Virus record (IMG/VR): IMGVR_UViG_3300011116_001123
Span: 24,931 to 88,930 of that record
DNA length: 64,000 bases
Direction: 5' to 3' (one strand)
Source: a virus
Lineage: Duplodnaviria > Caudoviricetes
Part shown: piece after piece, positions 17,159 through 26,591 of the stretch
Layout of the letters: each line of letters starts with the position of its first letter
Numbering within the stretch: the first letter of the stretch is position 1
Translations under genes and position numbers: made by a program
The notes under the pieces: generated by a model
Told to the model about the DNA's origin: nothing
Seen by the model: the letters and a program-made list of their open reading frames with translations, nothing else
Databases searched by the model: none

Positions 17159-17470
17159 ATGAAATATATTATACCTGAAAAAAGAATAGAAAGGTTGGCG
17201 AATAAGTACTTAAGTTCTTTAGGGTTAACAGAAGGAAATTATGATGAGGATGGGTTTGATATAATACAAGGTGTTAATCATATGCTGGCGTACCGTAGTG
17301 AAGAAGAGAAATTATACATGAACATTTACTTAATCAAAGACCTCCGAGACCTTTTTGATTTGACCCAAAGAGAAAGTATGACCTATATCAAAAATTGGTT
17401 TCAGGACGCATATGAAACAGATGTGAAGTCAGTATGGTTGTTGTTTCCTGATGAACCATTCACCTATTAA
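17159..17470 (+). CDS. Family-A small protein
   Basis: MKYIIPEKRI..KYL; LRDLFDL..WF..Y; TATTTAT 17148-17154. Confidence 0.75.
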   Translation: MKYIIPEKRIERLANKYLSSLGLTEGNYDEDGFDIIQGVNHMLAYRSEEEKLYMNIYLIKDLRDLFDLTQRESMTYIKNWFQDAYETDVKSVWLLFPDEPFTY

Positions 17471-18191
17471 TATGATTATAAAATAAATTGGACATTACCT
17501 GATGTCCACTTACCCCCAAATGAAAATCGAATATTTCTTGGTTGGTTTCTTCTTTTATTCTTTCCCCACCATTTTTCTCGATTAGTTTAATCATATTATC
17601 AATCTCCCACTTCATATAAATCTCATCACCCATAATAATTCTTTGGTTATCTCTATCTTGAATCTCTCTATTATAAAGAACATAGGGATCACAAGACCAA
17701 TAAAACACTTTGAAACCAACCAAATCGGAAATATAATTTATTAATTCCATTCTCTGATTTATGACCTCAGAATATAAGTGAAATGTGTTATCACTCGTTC
17801 TGTTGAAAACAATCTCATTTGATGTTTGTTCGGTTATATCTTCGGTACCATTTAAAACCGAATGGTTTCTTCCAAAGTTTGTGTTAATCCATTTTCTCGT
17901 ATCATGGTTTGCCCACATGAATCTTGAAAGAAATGACCAACCGATGATTACCACATCATTTTTTTGAATTGTTCTGATTTGTTCGATTACTCTATTGAAT
18001 ATCATGTCATTCCCCGCGCCAGGTATCCCATGATTTACAAGATTCAAGTTCATTCTGTTTGATAATAATTCAAACCATGTGCTCGGAAAACTTCCCCCAC
18101 AAAATGTCTTATATCTCCTATACTCATCAGTTTCCTCATGATATGGAGAACTGAAACTACAACCAAATATGTGAAGATTATTAATTACCAT
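17460..18191 (-). CDS. SGNH/GDSL-like hydrolase
   Basis: FGCSFS, NHGIPGAGN, IGWS...R and H....GH motifs. Confidence 0.7.
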   Translation of the reverse strand: MVINNLHIFGCSFSSPYHEETDEYRRYKTFCGGSFPSTWFELLSNRMNLNLVNHGIPGAGNDMIFNRVIEQIRTIQKNDVVIIGWSFLSRFMWANHDTRKWINTNFGRNHSVLNGTEDITEQTSNEIVFNRTSDNTFHLYSEVINQRMELINYISDLVGFKVFYWSCDPYVLYNREIQDRDNQRIIMGDEIYMKWEIDNMIKLIEKNGGERIKEETNQEIFDFHLGVSGHQVMSNLFYNHINR

Positions 18192-18239
18192 GTATTCTAT
18201 TCATCTGCCGTGTGTAAGCAACCACATGCCAATAAATCT

Positions 18240-19166
18240 TTATATTTTTTCTTCGGATTTATCAACATGTAAATCTTGATTTATGGAGTTTATCACAGCT
18301 CTCGCAATAACCTCATGACAATATTTGGATGGATGGTAATCTGTTAGCGCATTTTCAGGTATGTTCCCTCCAAACCCCTCTTTATCATAAGCGATGGTAA
18401 ACTTTTCTCTACAACTAAGTTGTAAATCACTTATGGTTTTATAAGTTTTACCTTCATGTTCTAATAATATATGTCTTTTCTTGTAAAATTCATCTTCGAA
18501 TAATGAGGGTAAATCATTAACCCAAAATAACACTTTGCTTTTAATACCTTGTGCCTCCAAATGTAAAAGATATTCTTTGATTAAATTTCCAAAATAATTA
18601 GTATGTAATTCAAGATAATCTTCTATGGTATAATTGTTTTCTTCTAACCATGGGAAAAAAATGGTATCGATTCCGTTTTCAACTGGACATTCTGACCCGT
18701 CATCAGCTTTACTAAGAACAACAGACACATCATCATAGTTTGGATTAGGATGTACGAAATAATCTTTTCCTTTGTATACAAACTTGAATCTGGATCTATA
18801 TGGTTGAGTCATTTGAAAAATGACATATTCAATATCATCAAAATAATAATTTTCTTCACTTAACCAAGAAGAACTTTTGATATGTCCATCTGCTGGTTCC
18901 TCGTATTTATCAAATATTTTTTTCAAAAACATGAGACTTGTTACATCACTTCCACCATTTGATGCTTTACACACTTCAAAAGTATTGAAATGGTTTGCGA
19001 CTAACCTTGGAAACCTTATAGTATCTTTATATTTGATTAACGCATCAGTCATTAGACTGTAATCAAATACCCAATCCTCAAATTTAGGAGTATGATTGAG
19101 GCTAGAATAAAAATACAGCCCCTGGCCCCAAGTGAAAGAACATCCCGCAAAAACTAATCCTTTCAT
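18240..19166 (-). CDS. SGNH/GDSL-like hydrolase
   Basis: AGCSFTWG, NGGS and DYHPS..CH motifs. Confidence 0.7.
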   Translation of the reverse strand: MKGLVFAGCSFTWGQGLYFYSSLNHTPKFEDWVFDYSLMTDALIKYKDTIRFPRLVANHFNTFEVCKASNGGSDVTSLMFLKKIFDKYEEPADGHIKSSSWLSEENYYFDDIEYVIFQMTQPYRSRFKFVYKGKDYFVHPNPNYDDVSVVLSKADDGSECPVENGIDTIFFPWLEENNYTIEDYLELHTNYFGNLIKEYLLHLEAQGIKSKVLFWVNDLPSLFEDEFYKKRHILLEHEGKTYKTISDLQLSCREKFTIAYDKEGFGGNIPENALTDYHPSKYCHEVIARAVINSINQDLHVDKSEEKI

Positions 19167-19173
19167 TGTGTAT

Positions 19174-19935
19174 TTATTTTTTCATTTCACTAAAATCCAC
19201 AAAGTTTTTTCGATTTGGATTTATGATATCGTTTATTTTTTTCGGAATAGTTTTTTCCCAATTCTCACAAATTAAATCCATTTCTTTAACATAATATTTC
19301 CCCATATTTTGTTTAATCCATTCCAAATGTGTTGAAATTGGTGGATGGCCATCTATTTGACCTGCAAGATCTTCAAAATAATAGTGTTCGTTCCTTTTGT
19401 TATGAAATTCTACTAAAGTTTCACCTGAAACCATTTCGTCTAATAATTCCAAACAAACGTCCACTGTTTGACCTACGTTTTGCGGTTTCGCATATTCACG
19501 TGACCCATCGATTTGATTAAAATCGAAAGACTTCATTAGTTGATACTCACATCCTATTGAATCCAATAATTGTTTTGCCGATGAAACTGAAAACCAAGTA
19601 TTGTATAACCCGAATTCCTCGCTCCATTTATTCATAACAAAATCTCCAAACAAACTGTGATTTTTTCCATAAATGCTGCCATTTGTTTCAAAATAAGAAT
19701 TTTGATTAATGTAATCGAATCTGTCTATGGATGAAAACATAATTAAGACTACGTCATCCTTAGTAATTTTATTCACATGATGACATTGATATAAATTACT
19801 AGAAATAAAAAAGTTTCCAGCTCCAGCTTTCCCCCAATTTTGAAATTCTTCAAACTGAGTTCCAATAATGTTTGCCCAAGTTTGCCATTTGTAATTTGTA
19901 AAACTGCAACCAAACGTAAAAAGTCTTTTACTCAT
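19174..19935 (-). CDS. SGNH/GDSL-like hydrolase
   Basis: FGCSFT, NWGKAGAGN and DGHP motifs. Confidence 0.7.
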   Translation of the reverse strand: MSKRLFTFGCSFTNYKWQTWANIIGTQFEEFQNWGKAGAGNFFISSNLYQCHHVNKITKDDVVLIMFSSIDRFDYINQNSYFETNGSIYGKNHSLFGDFVMNKWSEEFGLYNTWFSVSSAKQLLDSIGCEYQLMKSFDFNQIDGSREYAKPQNVGQTVDVCLELLDEMVSGETLVEFHNKRNEHYYFEDLAGQIDGHPPISTHLEWIKQNMGKYYVKEMDLICENWEKTIPKKINDIINPNRKNFVDFSEMKK

Positions 19936-21032
19936 ACTGAATACTTTTCATAGAACTTAACCAAAGGGTTAAATTTATCATTTTTTCTAATCCCAAGAGC
20001 AATGTTTTTGTTATATTCCAATTTGTCTTTAATTTTTTCATGTAGTTCGTAATAATTTTGATTCTTCAAATTATTAAGATTGCTAATTATTCCCGATATT
20101 CTATCATTTATATGGTCTTTTGAATCAAAATCATAGTCAAAAATTTCATCATATAATTCAAATCCATACTTTGTAATTTCTTTGTTTTGATTCTTTGCCC
20201 CATAACAAAGAAATGGATGTTTCAACAAAATTGGCCGGAATGTCTTTTCAGTAACAAAAGGAATATACATTGAAGATTCTCCAACCAATGACATAAAACA
20301 ATTTGGTTCTGTAATGATGTCAGTGTATTCATCACTGAATCCAAATTGTTTGATTCGATATCCATCTATATTAATTATTTTTTCTTTCCAATATTTGAAC
20401 TCAAAATGTAAATCTTCATTTACCAATATGTCCGTGACACCACATTCCTCTATTGTTTGATTCCAAGTATTAATACCATTTTCTAATAAATTGTGATTAG
20501 ATAGTTGGTCAATCATCAAACATCTATGGAATCTAGATTTATTATTCAAATTTAAATATAATTTATCAAATTTGTTTTTTATTGATAACGTTTCTACATT
20601 CATTGGCCCATCCAATCCTCTCGGGTGTAAATATAAATCTTTCAACCCATCATATGTGTGTGAAATCAAGTAAGTTGGCCAATACAGAATCTCAAAGTTC
20701 TTAATTGAATTTTCGAATGGTTTATATAATTCAGGGTAATGACACCCGAGTATTAAATAAAACTTACAATCATTTTGTAATAAAATACTCTCTAACTCAA
20801 AAAATTCAGGATTTATTGCGAAATCTTTATCCTCAGTGTAACAACGACTTAACCATTCTACTGTAGTTTCCGTTGGATACAAATAGATTACACACTCTGG
20901 TTTTTTTTCTGATATTAAATTGATAATAGGTCTTAATGTCAAATCGGAATGGTTTATTCCCCTATCAATAGATAAACATTTATCATTTTTATGATTGAAA
21001 ATAAAATATCCCAAATAATCTTTTCCTAACAT
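19932..21032 (-). CDS. Glycosyltransferase-like protein (GT-B, GT10/exostosin-like)
   Basis: LNNK.R.HR, FVTEKTFRPI..HPF and GFELY.EIFDY.FD motifs. Confidence 0.6.
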   Translation of the reverse strand: MLGKDYLGYFIFNHKNDKCLSIDRGINHSDLTLRPIINLISEKKPECVIYLYPTETTVEWLSRCYTEDKDFAINPEFFELESILLQNDCKFYLILGCHYPELYKPFENSIKNFEILYWPTYLISHTYDGLKDLYLHPRGLDGPMNVETLSIKNKFDKLYLNLNNKSRFHRCLMIDQLSNHNLLENGINTWNQTIEECGVTDILVNEDLHFEFKYWKEKIINIDGYRIKQFGFSDEYTDIITEPNCFMSLVGESSMYIPFVTEKTFRPILLKHPFLCYGAKNQNKEITKYGFELYDEIFDYDFDSKDHINDRISGIISNLNNLKNQNYYELHEKIKDKLEYNKNIALGIRKNDKFNPLVKFYEKYSV

Positions 21033-21033
21033 A

Positions 21034-21309
21034 TTATTTTATTAATAATTTAACAAAAATGTCCATCATGAAATCGTTATTTTTATTTTTAAATTCCAAA
21101 AAGGATTCTTTCTGTCGTTCAAAAAGGTTTCGAATCTCTGTAGAAATATAAACATCATTTTCTAATATAGAAATAGCGTTATTTTTATTGTGTTTTATTT
21201 TTTCCTCCACTAAATTAAATAGTTCTCGTAGTTCGTGAGATTTTAAATTATTTAGATTTTTGATTATCCCGTCAATTGATTTGCTCGGAACATAAATCTT
21301 AAATTTCAT
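21034..21309 (-). CDS. Small protein resembling the C-terminus of the adjacent GT-like protein
   Basis: GIIKNLNNLK..EL...EKI.HNK.NA vs GIISNLNNLK..EL..KI...LEYNK.IA. Confidence 0.55.
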   Translation of the reverse strand: MKFKIYVPSKSIDGIIKNLNNLKSHELRELFNLVEEKIKHNKNNAISILENDVYISTEIRNLFERQKESFLEFKNKNNDFMMDIFVKLLIK

Positions 21310-21405
21310 TGTTTTTATTTTTATATATAAAGATATAATACTTTTACCGAGTAGAAATATTAAAAAAAAAACAAATCTCATTAAAATTTCCTTATATTTA
21401 TCCAT

Positions 21406-21699
21406 ATGAAATACATTATCTCCGAGGGTCGACTTGATAACATCATGAAAAAGTATTTGGATTCATTTTTAACCTCCAAACAAATCTTGGATTATGATGA
21501 TAGTTTGGTAATCGCGGATCCGAATGCTGATGATGATAATCCACATTGGACTGAATATATGTTCTATAACTATGACGATGAGGACTTATGGGTGAACAAT
21601 CAATTTATTGAAGAATTCGGCTATTTGTTTAATAAGGATTATGAAGAATCTCTTGCTTTTATAAAAGATTGGTTTAAGAAAGAATTCAACCTGAATTAA
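21406..21699 (+). CDS. Family-A small protein
   Basis: MKYIISEGRLDNIMKKYLDSFL; TATTTAT 21395-21401. Confidence 0.8.
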   Translation: MKYIISEGRLDNIMKKYLDSFLTSKQILDYDDSLVIADPNADDDNPHWTEYMFYNYDDEDLWVNNQFIEEFGYLFNKDYEESLAFIKDWFKKEFNLN

Positions 21700-21701
21700 A
21701 A

Positions 21702-21986
21702 ATGAAATATATTATCTCCGAGGGCCGACTTGATGACATAATGAAAAAGTATTTGGATTCTTTCTTATTAAATAAGGATGTAATCGATAATCAAGCGGGT
21801 ATCGCCGTTTATGATGATGAGGAGAATTATTTAGAATACTTCCCAAGAAAAAGAGAACTATTCATATTGGGCGAATTCTTGGATGAGTTCGAGACTATGT
21901 TCGGTCTTACTCGAAATGAAGCAATTAAATTCATTCGGAATTGGTTCGAGAATGAATTCTATGTGAAGGTTCAAATGGCTGGATAA
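21702..21986 (+). CDS. Family-A small protein
   Basis: MKYIISEGRLDDIMKKYLDSFL; first ~60 nt nearly identical to the previous gene. Confidence 0.8.
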   Translation: MKYIISEGRLDDIMKKYLDSFLLNKDVIDNQAGIAVYDDEENYLEYFPRKRELFILGEFLDEFETMFGLTRNEAIKFIRNWFENEFYVKVQMAG

Positions 21987-21993
21987 TTTGGTT

Positions 21994-22335
21994 CTATCCC
22001 TTATATTTTGTAGTACTTCGGTAATATAACTTTTCAAACTTATCTAACAATTCCTTATTAGCATAGATTAAATTACGAAGTCCGTCTTCTAATTCATGCA
22101 TTTGCGGAACATGAGTATCAGCATAATCCGTAGGTATTACACTTATAACCCCTGAGTATATCGCTCTATCTAAGTATGTATTGAAATCAGGCATAAATGA
22201 TGGCACGTACCAATCTGCTGCTTGAATGACTGCGGCGATAAGTTCGGGCATTCTTCTTTTAAGATATGGATTTACGGATCCTTCGTTAATCCCCATCACT
22301 TCTTTGATTCTATCAATGTCCTCCTGTAAATTCAT
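21994..22335 (-). CDS. Class-3 leader + family-B domain
   Basis: MNLQEDIDRIKEVMGINE-GSVNPYLKRR. Confidence 0.8.
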   Translation of the reverse strand: MNLQEDIDRIKEVMGINEGSVNPYLKRRMPELIAAVIQAADWYVPSFMPDFNTYLDRAIYSGVISVIPTDYADTHVPQMHELEDGLRNLIYANKELLDKFEKLYYRSTTKYKG

Positions 22336-22336
22336 A

Positions 22337-23053
22337 TTAAATCAAACCTTTGTTTACCATCTCTTTAACCACAGTCAATTGTTCAGGACTTGGAGTATCC
22401 AACCATGAAATTGCAGTGTCGAAAACTTCACTCAACTCAGGTGTTAATAATTTTTTTTCTTGTAATATAATTTTAACTTCTATCAACTGTTCTTTCAACT
22501 TTCCGACTTGTTGTACAAGAACTTCGACACCTTGAGTTTTCATAAGTTTTGTTATGAAAATCCAAAAAGACCATTTGAATTCTCGTTTATCAAACAAAAT
22601 TCTGTAGTTAATTATTCCTTTTTGTATTGCCCATCTTTGTATTGAATCGGGGGTCATTCGCAATAGGTTTTTAATCCCCTGCTTGACTCCTACCGATGCA
22701 ATATTTCCTCCAACAGGATAAAGTCCAAATAATGCCGTTACTAAACCTAAAATAATGAATTCTGTTCTTTGAAGTCCTGATGTCATGGCAGCTCTTACAA
22801 AGTAGGATAAAGCATGAATTTCATCTATTACAAATGAAATAAGATTACCAAAACCTGGTACTACATCTATAGCCGCAGAAATAGCATCAACCATAAAATC
22901 TGCTCCCATGGGTTTTTTTGAATCGATTGCTCGCTTAGATTGACCGAAATTTTCAGGTGGTGCAAATTTTGGAGCAAGTGTCTTACCTTTCAATTCAAGA
23001 GACGTTTGCTCCATCACTTCTTTGATTCTATCTATATCTTCTTGTAAGTTCAT
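22337..23053 (-). CDS. Class-3 leader + unrelated hydrophobic cargo
   Basis: MNLQEDIDRIKEVMEQ; DVVPGFGN and hydrophobic hairpin segments. Confidence 0.75.
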   Translation of the reverse strand: MNLQEDIDRIKEVMEQTSLELKGKTLAPKFAPPENFGQSKRAIDSKKPMGADFMVDAISAAIDVVPGFGNLISFVIDEIHALSYFVRAAMTSGLQRTEFIILGLVTALFGLYPVGGNIASVGVKQGIKNLLRMTPDSIQRWAIQKGIINYRILFDKREFKWSFWIFITKLMKTQGVEVLVQQVGKLKEQLIEVKIILQEKKLLTPELSEVFDTAISWLDTPSPEQLTVVKEMVNKGLI

Positions 23054-23394
23054 TCCAAATCAAGTTTACTTATGAAGATTTGTTTTAGTGTCTGAAGTAG
23101 TTCTTTATCTTGAGTAATCGTCTTTAACAATATCTTCTCGATTTCTTCTAATTCTTCATGTGTCAAATCATAATTTTCAATGACATTTCTTATTGAATAA
23201 AATATTGTCCTATCCAAGAAATTCTTAAAATAATTCTCATCGAATTCTCTGTCACTTCTAACAAATATTTCGTTAGCGGTATCAACAACTGCATTAAGAA
23301 ACTCAGGAAGTCTCCTTCTTAAATAAGGATTAAGAAAACCTTCATTAATCCCCATAACCTCCTTAATTCTATCTATGTCTTCTTGTAAATTCAT
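23050..23394 (-). CDS. Class-3 leader + family-B domain (start moved)
   Basis: MNLQEDIDRIKEVMGINE-GFLNPYLRRR. Confidence 0.8.
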   Translation of the reverse strand: MNLQEDIDRIKEVMGINEGFLNPYLRRRLPEFLNAVVDTANEIFVRSDREFDENYFKNFLDRTIFYSIRNVIENYDLTHEELEEIEKILLKTITQDKELLQTLKQIFISKLDLE

Positions 23395-23398
23395 TTGA

Positions 23399-24016
23399 TT
23401 ATATGTTGGAGATATAGTGATCGTAAATCTCATCGTATATCGAATGTTTCTTTACTAACTCCATTATCATTGGCTCTAACTCTTCACTTATTTTTAACTG
23501 TTCTTCGAATTCTCCACCTATTTCATCGGCAACGAAATCTCTTGTTGCTGAGAATATAACCCTTTCTAAAAAATCATCAAAGTTTTTGAATCTCCGTGGT
23601 GATAACCAGTCATATGAAGCTTCAATATAATCAAGTAAAGCATCCATTCTTCTTTTAACACGTATAATTTCCTTGGACTCATTGATTGATGAATCTTCAC
23701 TTGAATAGTAATGATGTTTAATTTTTTTTAACAACCATTCATCATTTTGTAATATTCGAAGAGCAATTGGGAGTAACTCTTCCATTTCATCATTCTTGAT
23801 AAGAATATTATTATAATCAAAAAACCCATCTATTGCATGCATTAAAACATACTGAAGATATTCTTCAAAACTATCCCCTTCTTCTACTTCTATCCACTCG
23901 AAAGAATGAAGGATGGTATCAATAAATTCCTTTTGTCTTCTCCTGAAGAACATATCACGGCTTTCGTTAATACCCATGACTTCCTTAATCCTATTTATGT
24001 CTTCATGCAAATTCAT
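23399..24016 (-). CDS. Class-3 leader + two tandem family-B domains
   Basis: MNLHEDINRIKEVMGINE..FRRR, then internal SINE..VKRR; TATTTAT 24021-24027. Confidence 0.8.
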   Translation of the reverse strand: MNLHEDINRIKEVMGINESRDMFFRRRQKEFIDTILHSFEWIEVEEGDSFEEYLQYVLMHAIDGFFDYNNILIKNDEMEELLPIALRILQNDEWLLKKIKHHYYSSEDSSINESKEIIRVKRRMDALLDYIEASYDWLSPRRFKNFDDFLERVIFSATRDFVADEIGGEFEEQLKISEELEPMIMELVKKHSIYDEIYDHYISNI

Positions 24017-24070
24017 ATAGATAAATATATGGGAAATAAAAAACCCCCACCTTTTGGGTGAGGGTCTTTA

Positions 24071-24409
24071 TTAAATTACTCTAAGGAAATGTCCCAAGAG
24101 ACCTGCAACTCCAATCATGATTGGAATCGAGGTTTTAGCCCCACCCATAAGTGATAGGTGCATTACTGCCGCCGCACTCATGAAGGACGCGATAAGGATT
24201 GCTCCAAAAATTGATAATCCAGGTACCAACAAAAGAACAACTCCAAGTAATTCTCCTGCACCTGTAAGAACTCTATACTTCTCTAACTTCATGTAAGCAA
24301 AATTACCTACCATTTCTTGTGTTCCGATTAGTTTTTCGATTGCACCTTTTCCTAAAAATAGTGCGGTCGCAACGGACAGTACCCATCCGATAATTGATAA
24401 AATTTCCAT
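24071..24409 (-). CDS. DoxX-like membrane protein
   Basis: Four hydrophobic segments; GAGELLG..LLLVP and A..MH motifs; terminator 24038-24066. Confidence 0.75.
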   Translation of the reverse strand: MEILSIIGWVLSVATALFLGKGAIEKLIGTQEMVGNFAYMKLEKYRVLTGAGELLGVVLLLVPGLSIFGAILIASFMSAAAVMHLSLMGGAKTSIPIMIGVAGLLGHFLRVI

Positions 24410-24452
24410 AGTGTGTTTTTTTATTTAACTTTAATAATTTATTCTGATAATG

Positions 24453-25655
24453 TCAAACAAATACGGAGGGAATATCCTCCCATGATGTTGTGTATTTTTG
24501 TGACATGAAATCCTGTTTCATCTCCCATTTCTTCTCCACGTTTATGGGTGGTTGAATCAATTGGATTGGTTCTGTGAATAACGATATCTGCTCCACCGAT
24601 TCGGGCATAAGATTGTTGAATATAATTCCACACTTCTTGTATGTCCTTGTAGATCTGAACATCCTATTTAATTGAGGATAAACCTGAGACCATATCTCCT
24701 CCACATCTCGAGTTTGTTTTTGGAAAACTATTTGTTTGAATGAATAATGGTCATTACCCTTGTGTTTGTTTCCTGAAATAAAGATGGTTGCTTTGTTCGG
24801 AGATATTCCATTGTCCGTTAACTTCTTAACCCCGCTCGTAATGTAGGAATACATCGCCTCAGCAATTTGGTCAAACGAATCAATATCCTGTCCGAAAGAT
24901 CTGGTGGATGCAATATTTCTCTTTAACTTTGGTACCTTTTGTATTGGGAAACAATACATACCTGTTAATTCCATCTTCGTCTTTAATCCATTCACGTTCA
25001 TCATCTTCTTAATAATCATATCTGATTGCATGATGAACTGACCAACACTGTCGACTCCTATGGCTCTCAGCTTCTTTGACCACTTTCTTCCTATCCCCCA
25101 AACATCTGAGGCGGATATGGTATATAAGATATTTCTAAAGTTTGGTAAGGACCAGTAGGAGCATATCCCGTTATATTGGGATTGTCTCTTGGCGATATGT
25201 GAGGTGAGTTTTGCCAAGGTTTTGTTTGGGCCAATACCAATTGATACAGGAATCCCTGTTAACCTCTTCACCTCGTTCCTAATGAAGTGTAGTCGGTCTT
25301 CCAACTCCTCATCAGGAATGTTGGAGAAGTCCACGAAGGCTTCATCTATGGAATACACCTCCACTTCGGAAGCATACTTCTTGATTGTTGTCATCACTCT
25401 ATCAGACATATCTCCATAAAGATTGTAGTTAGAAGAATACACACAGAACCTGTGTTCATCCATGAAATCTTTTTTCTGAAAGAACGGTTCTCCCATCTTT
25501 ATCCCCAAATCTTTTGCTTCTTGAGAACGAGCAATCACACAACCATCGTTGTTGGAAAGCACAACTGTTGGTCTCCCGATTGAAACAGGATTGAATACCC
25601 TTTCACAAGAGACATAGAAATTGTTACAGTCAACTATACCAATTTTTTTATTCAT
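24453..25655 (-). CDS. umuC: Y-family DNA polymerase V subunit
   Basis: VDCNNFYVSCE, SNNDGC, YSIDEAF and C-terminal S.KYTT.W motifs. Confidence 0.92.
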   Translation of the reverse strand: MNKKIGIVDCNNFYVSCERVFNPVSIGRPTVVLSNNDGCVIARSQEAKDLGIKMGEPFFQKKDFMDEHRFCVYSSNYNLYGDMSDRVMTTIKKYASEVEVYSIDEAFVDFSNIPDEELEDRLHFIRNEVKRLTGIPVSIGIGPNKTLAKLTSHIAKRQSQYNGICSYWSLPNFRNILYTISASDVWGIGRKWSKKLRAIGVDSVGQFIMQSDMIIKKMMNVNGLKTKMELTGMYCFPIQKVPKLKRNIASTRSFGQDIDSFDQIAEAMYSYITSGVKKLTDNGISPNKATIFISGNKHKGNDHYSFKQIVFQKQTRDVEEIWSQVYPQLNRMFRSTRTYKKCGIIFNNLMPESVEQISLFTEPIQLIQPPINVEKKWEMKQDFMSQKYTTSWEDIPSVFV

Positions 25656-25777
25656 TTTCTCCCAATGAAAAACAACACGATTAATCCGATAATTAGGTAT
25701 CCCATAAAGTTTGGGATATTATTTATTCCCCAAACAACAATAAACCCAACAATTAATATATTGAGAAGTCTTAACAT
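25652..25777 (-). CDS. 41-aa two-TM membrane peptide (not in ORF track)
   Basis: MLRLLNILIVGFIVVWG...LIVLFFIGRK*; ATGA overlap with umuC start. Confidence 0.6.
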   Translation of the reverse strand: MLRLLNILIVGFIVVWGINNIPNFMGYLIIGLIVLFFIGRK

Positions 25778-25780
25778 AAT

Positions 25781-26101
25781 TTATAGTTTGTTTAATATCC
25801 AAGAAACTTTTCCCCACACATTGGATTGACCTTCGAATTTCCGTATCTTGAAACAAGATGTGTCGGCAAGTACTACTAAATCATCCTCCACAGGATCCAC
25901 TGATTTGTCGATGACAAGAATGTTTCCATTCTTAACCCCAAGGGTATCAGGTCCCTTATATCTAAAATAAAATGTGGTATGAATGTTATTAACAATCAAC
26001 TCATTCAGATCCAATCTTTTATCAACATATGATTCAGCAGGAGACGCAAACCCCGTGGTCCGAGATTTAATAAAAAGCATATCTTTATCTATGGTAGCCA
26101 T
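25781..26101 (-). CDS. umuD: UmuD-like protein lacking catalytic Ser/Lys
   Basis: GFASPAESY..LDLNELI; GDSM replaced by GPDT and FTVK by FKIR. Confidence 0.75.
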   Translation of the reverse strand: MATIDKDMLFIKSRTTGFASPAESYVDKRLDLNELIVNNIHTTFYFRYKGPDTLGVKNGNILVIDKSVDPVEDDLVVLADTSCFKIRKFEGQSNVWGKVSWILNKL

Positions 26102-26141
26102 AATTGAAAGATACGAAAAAATATTAAATAAAAAAACTTAG

Positions 26142-26570
26142 TTATTTCTTTTTCTTAACACAGTTTGGATATCTTTTACCAAACATAGTTTTCATTCCTT
26201 TCTGAGTATAACCTTTCCAACATCTTTCCGTTAGTTCACCTTCGAATAAATCTGTAGTATCCTCATCACAGTTACGAACAAATGCCGAACGCATCCGAGG
26301 TGAAATCTCGAAATAATTATTTACAGTAGTGTAAACTTCATCCATTATATCTCTCGCTAAGTCACGTGTAAGGTGATTATGACTGACTTTGAAAATAACT
26401 GAAACCCAATATCTTGGATAATTTACGTTTTCAGTGGAACCCTCGACTTCAATTTTACAAATGTCTTCAGGATATTTGGAAACTATAGTTCTATCAACAA
26501 GCCTCTGTATTAAACGAGTATAATCAACGTTTCGTTCTTCTCTTAAAATTCTTCGGATAAGATCTCTCAT
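26142..26570 (-). CDS. Leader-bearing protein with C-terminal CWKGY..PNCV module
   Basis: MRDLIRRILREE; TATTTAT 26576-26582. Confidence 0.75.
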   Translation of the reverse strand: MRDLIRRILREERNVDYTRLIQRLVDRTIVSKYPEDICKIEVEGSTENVNYPRYWVSVIFKVSHNHLTRDLARDIMDEVYTTVNNYFEISPRMRSAFVRNCDEDTTDLFEGELTERCWKGYTQKGMKTMFGKRYPNCVKKKK

Positions 26571-26591
26571 TGTGTATAAATACCTGAGAAA

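Noticed and set aside
21406-24016. Diversity-generating retroelement
   Set aside because: The repeats are 5' leaders with mostly synonymous differences rather than adenine-specific changes, and no reverse transcriptase is in the window.
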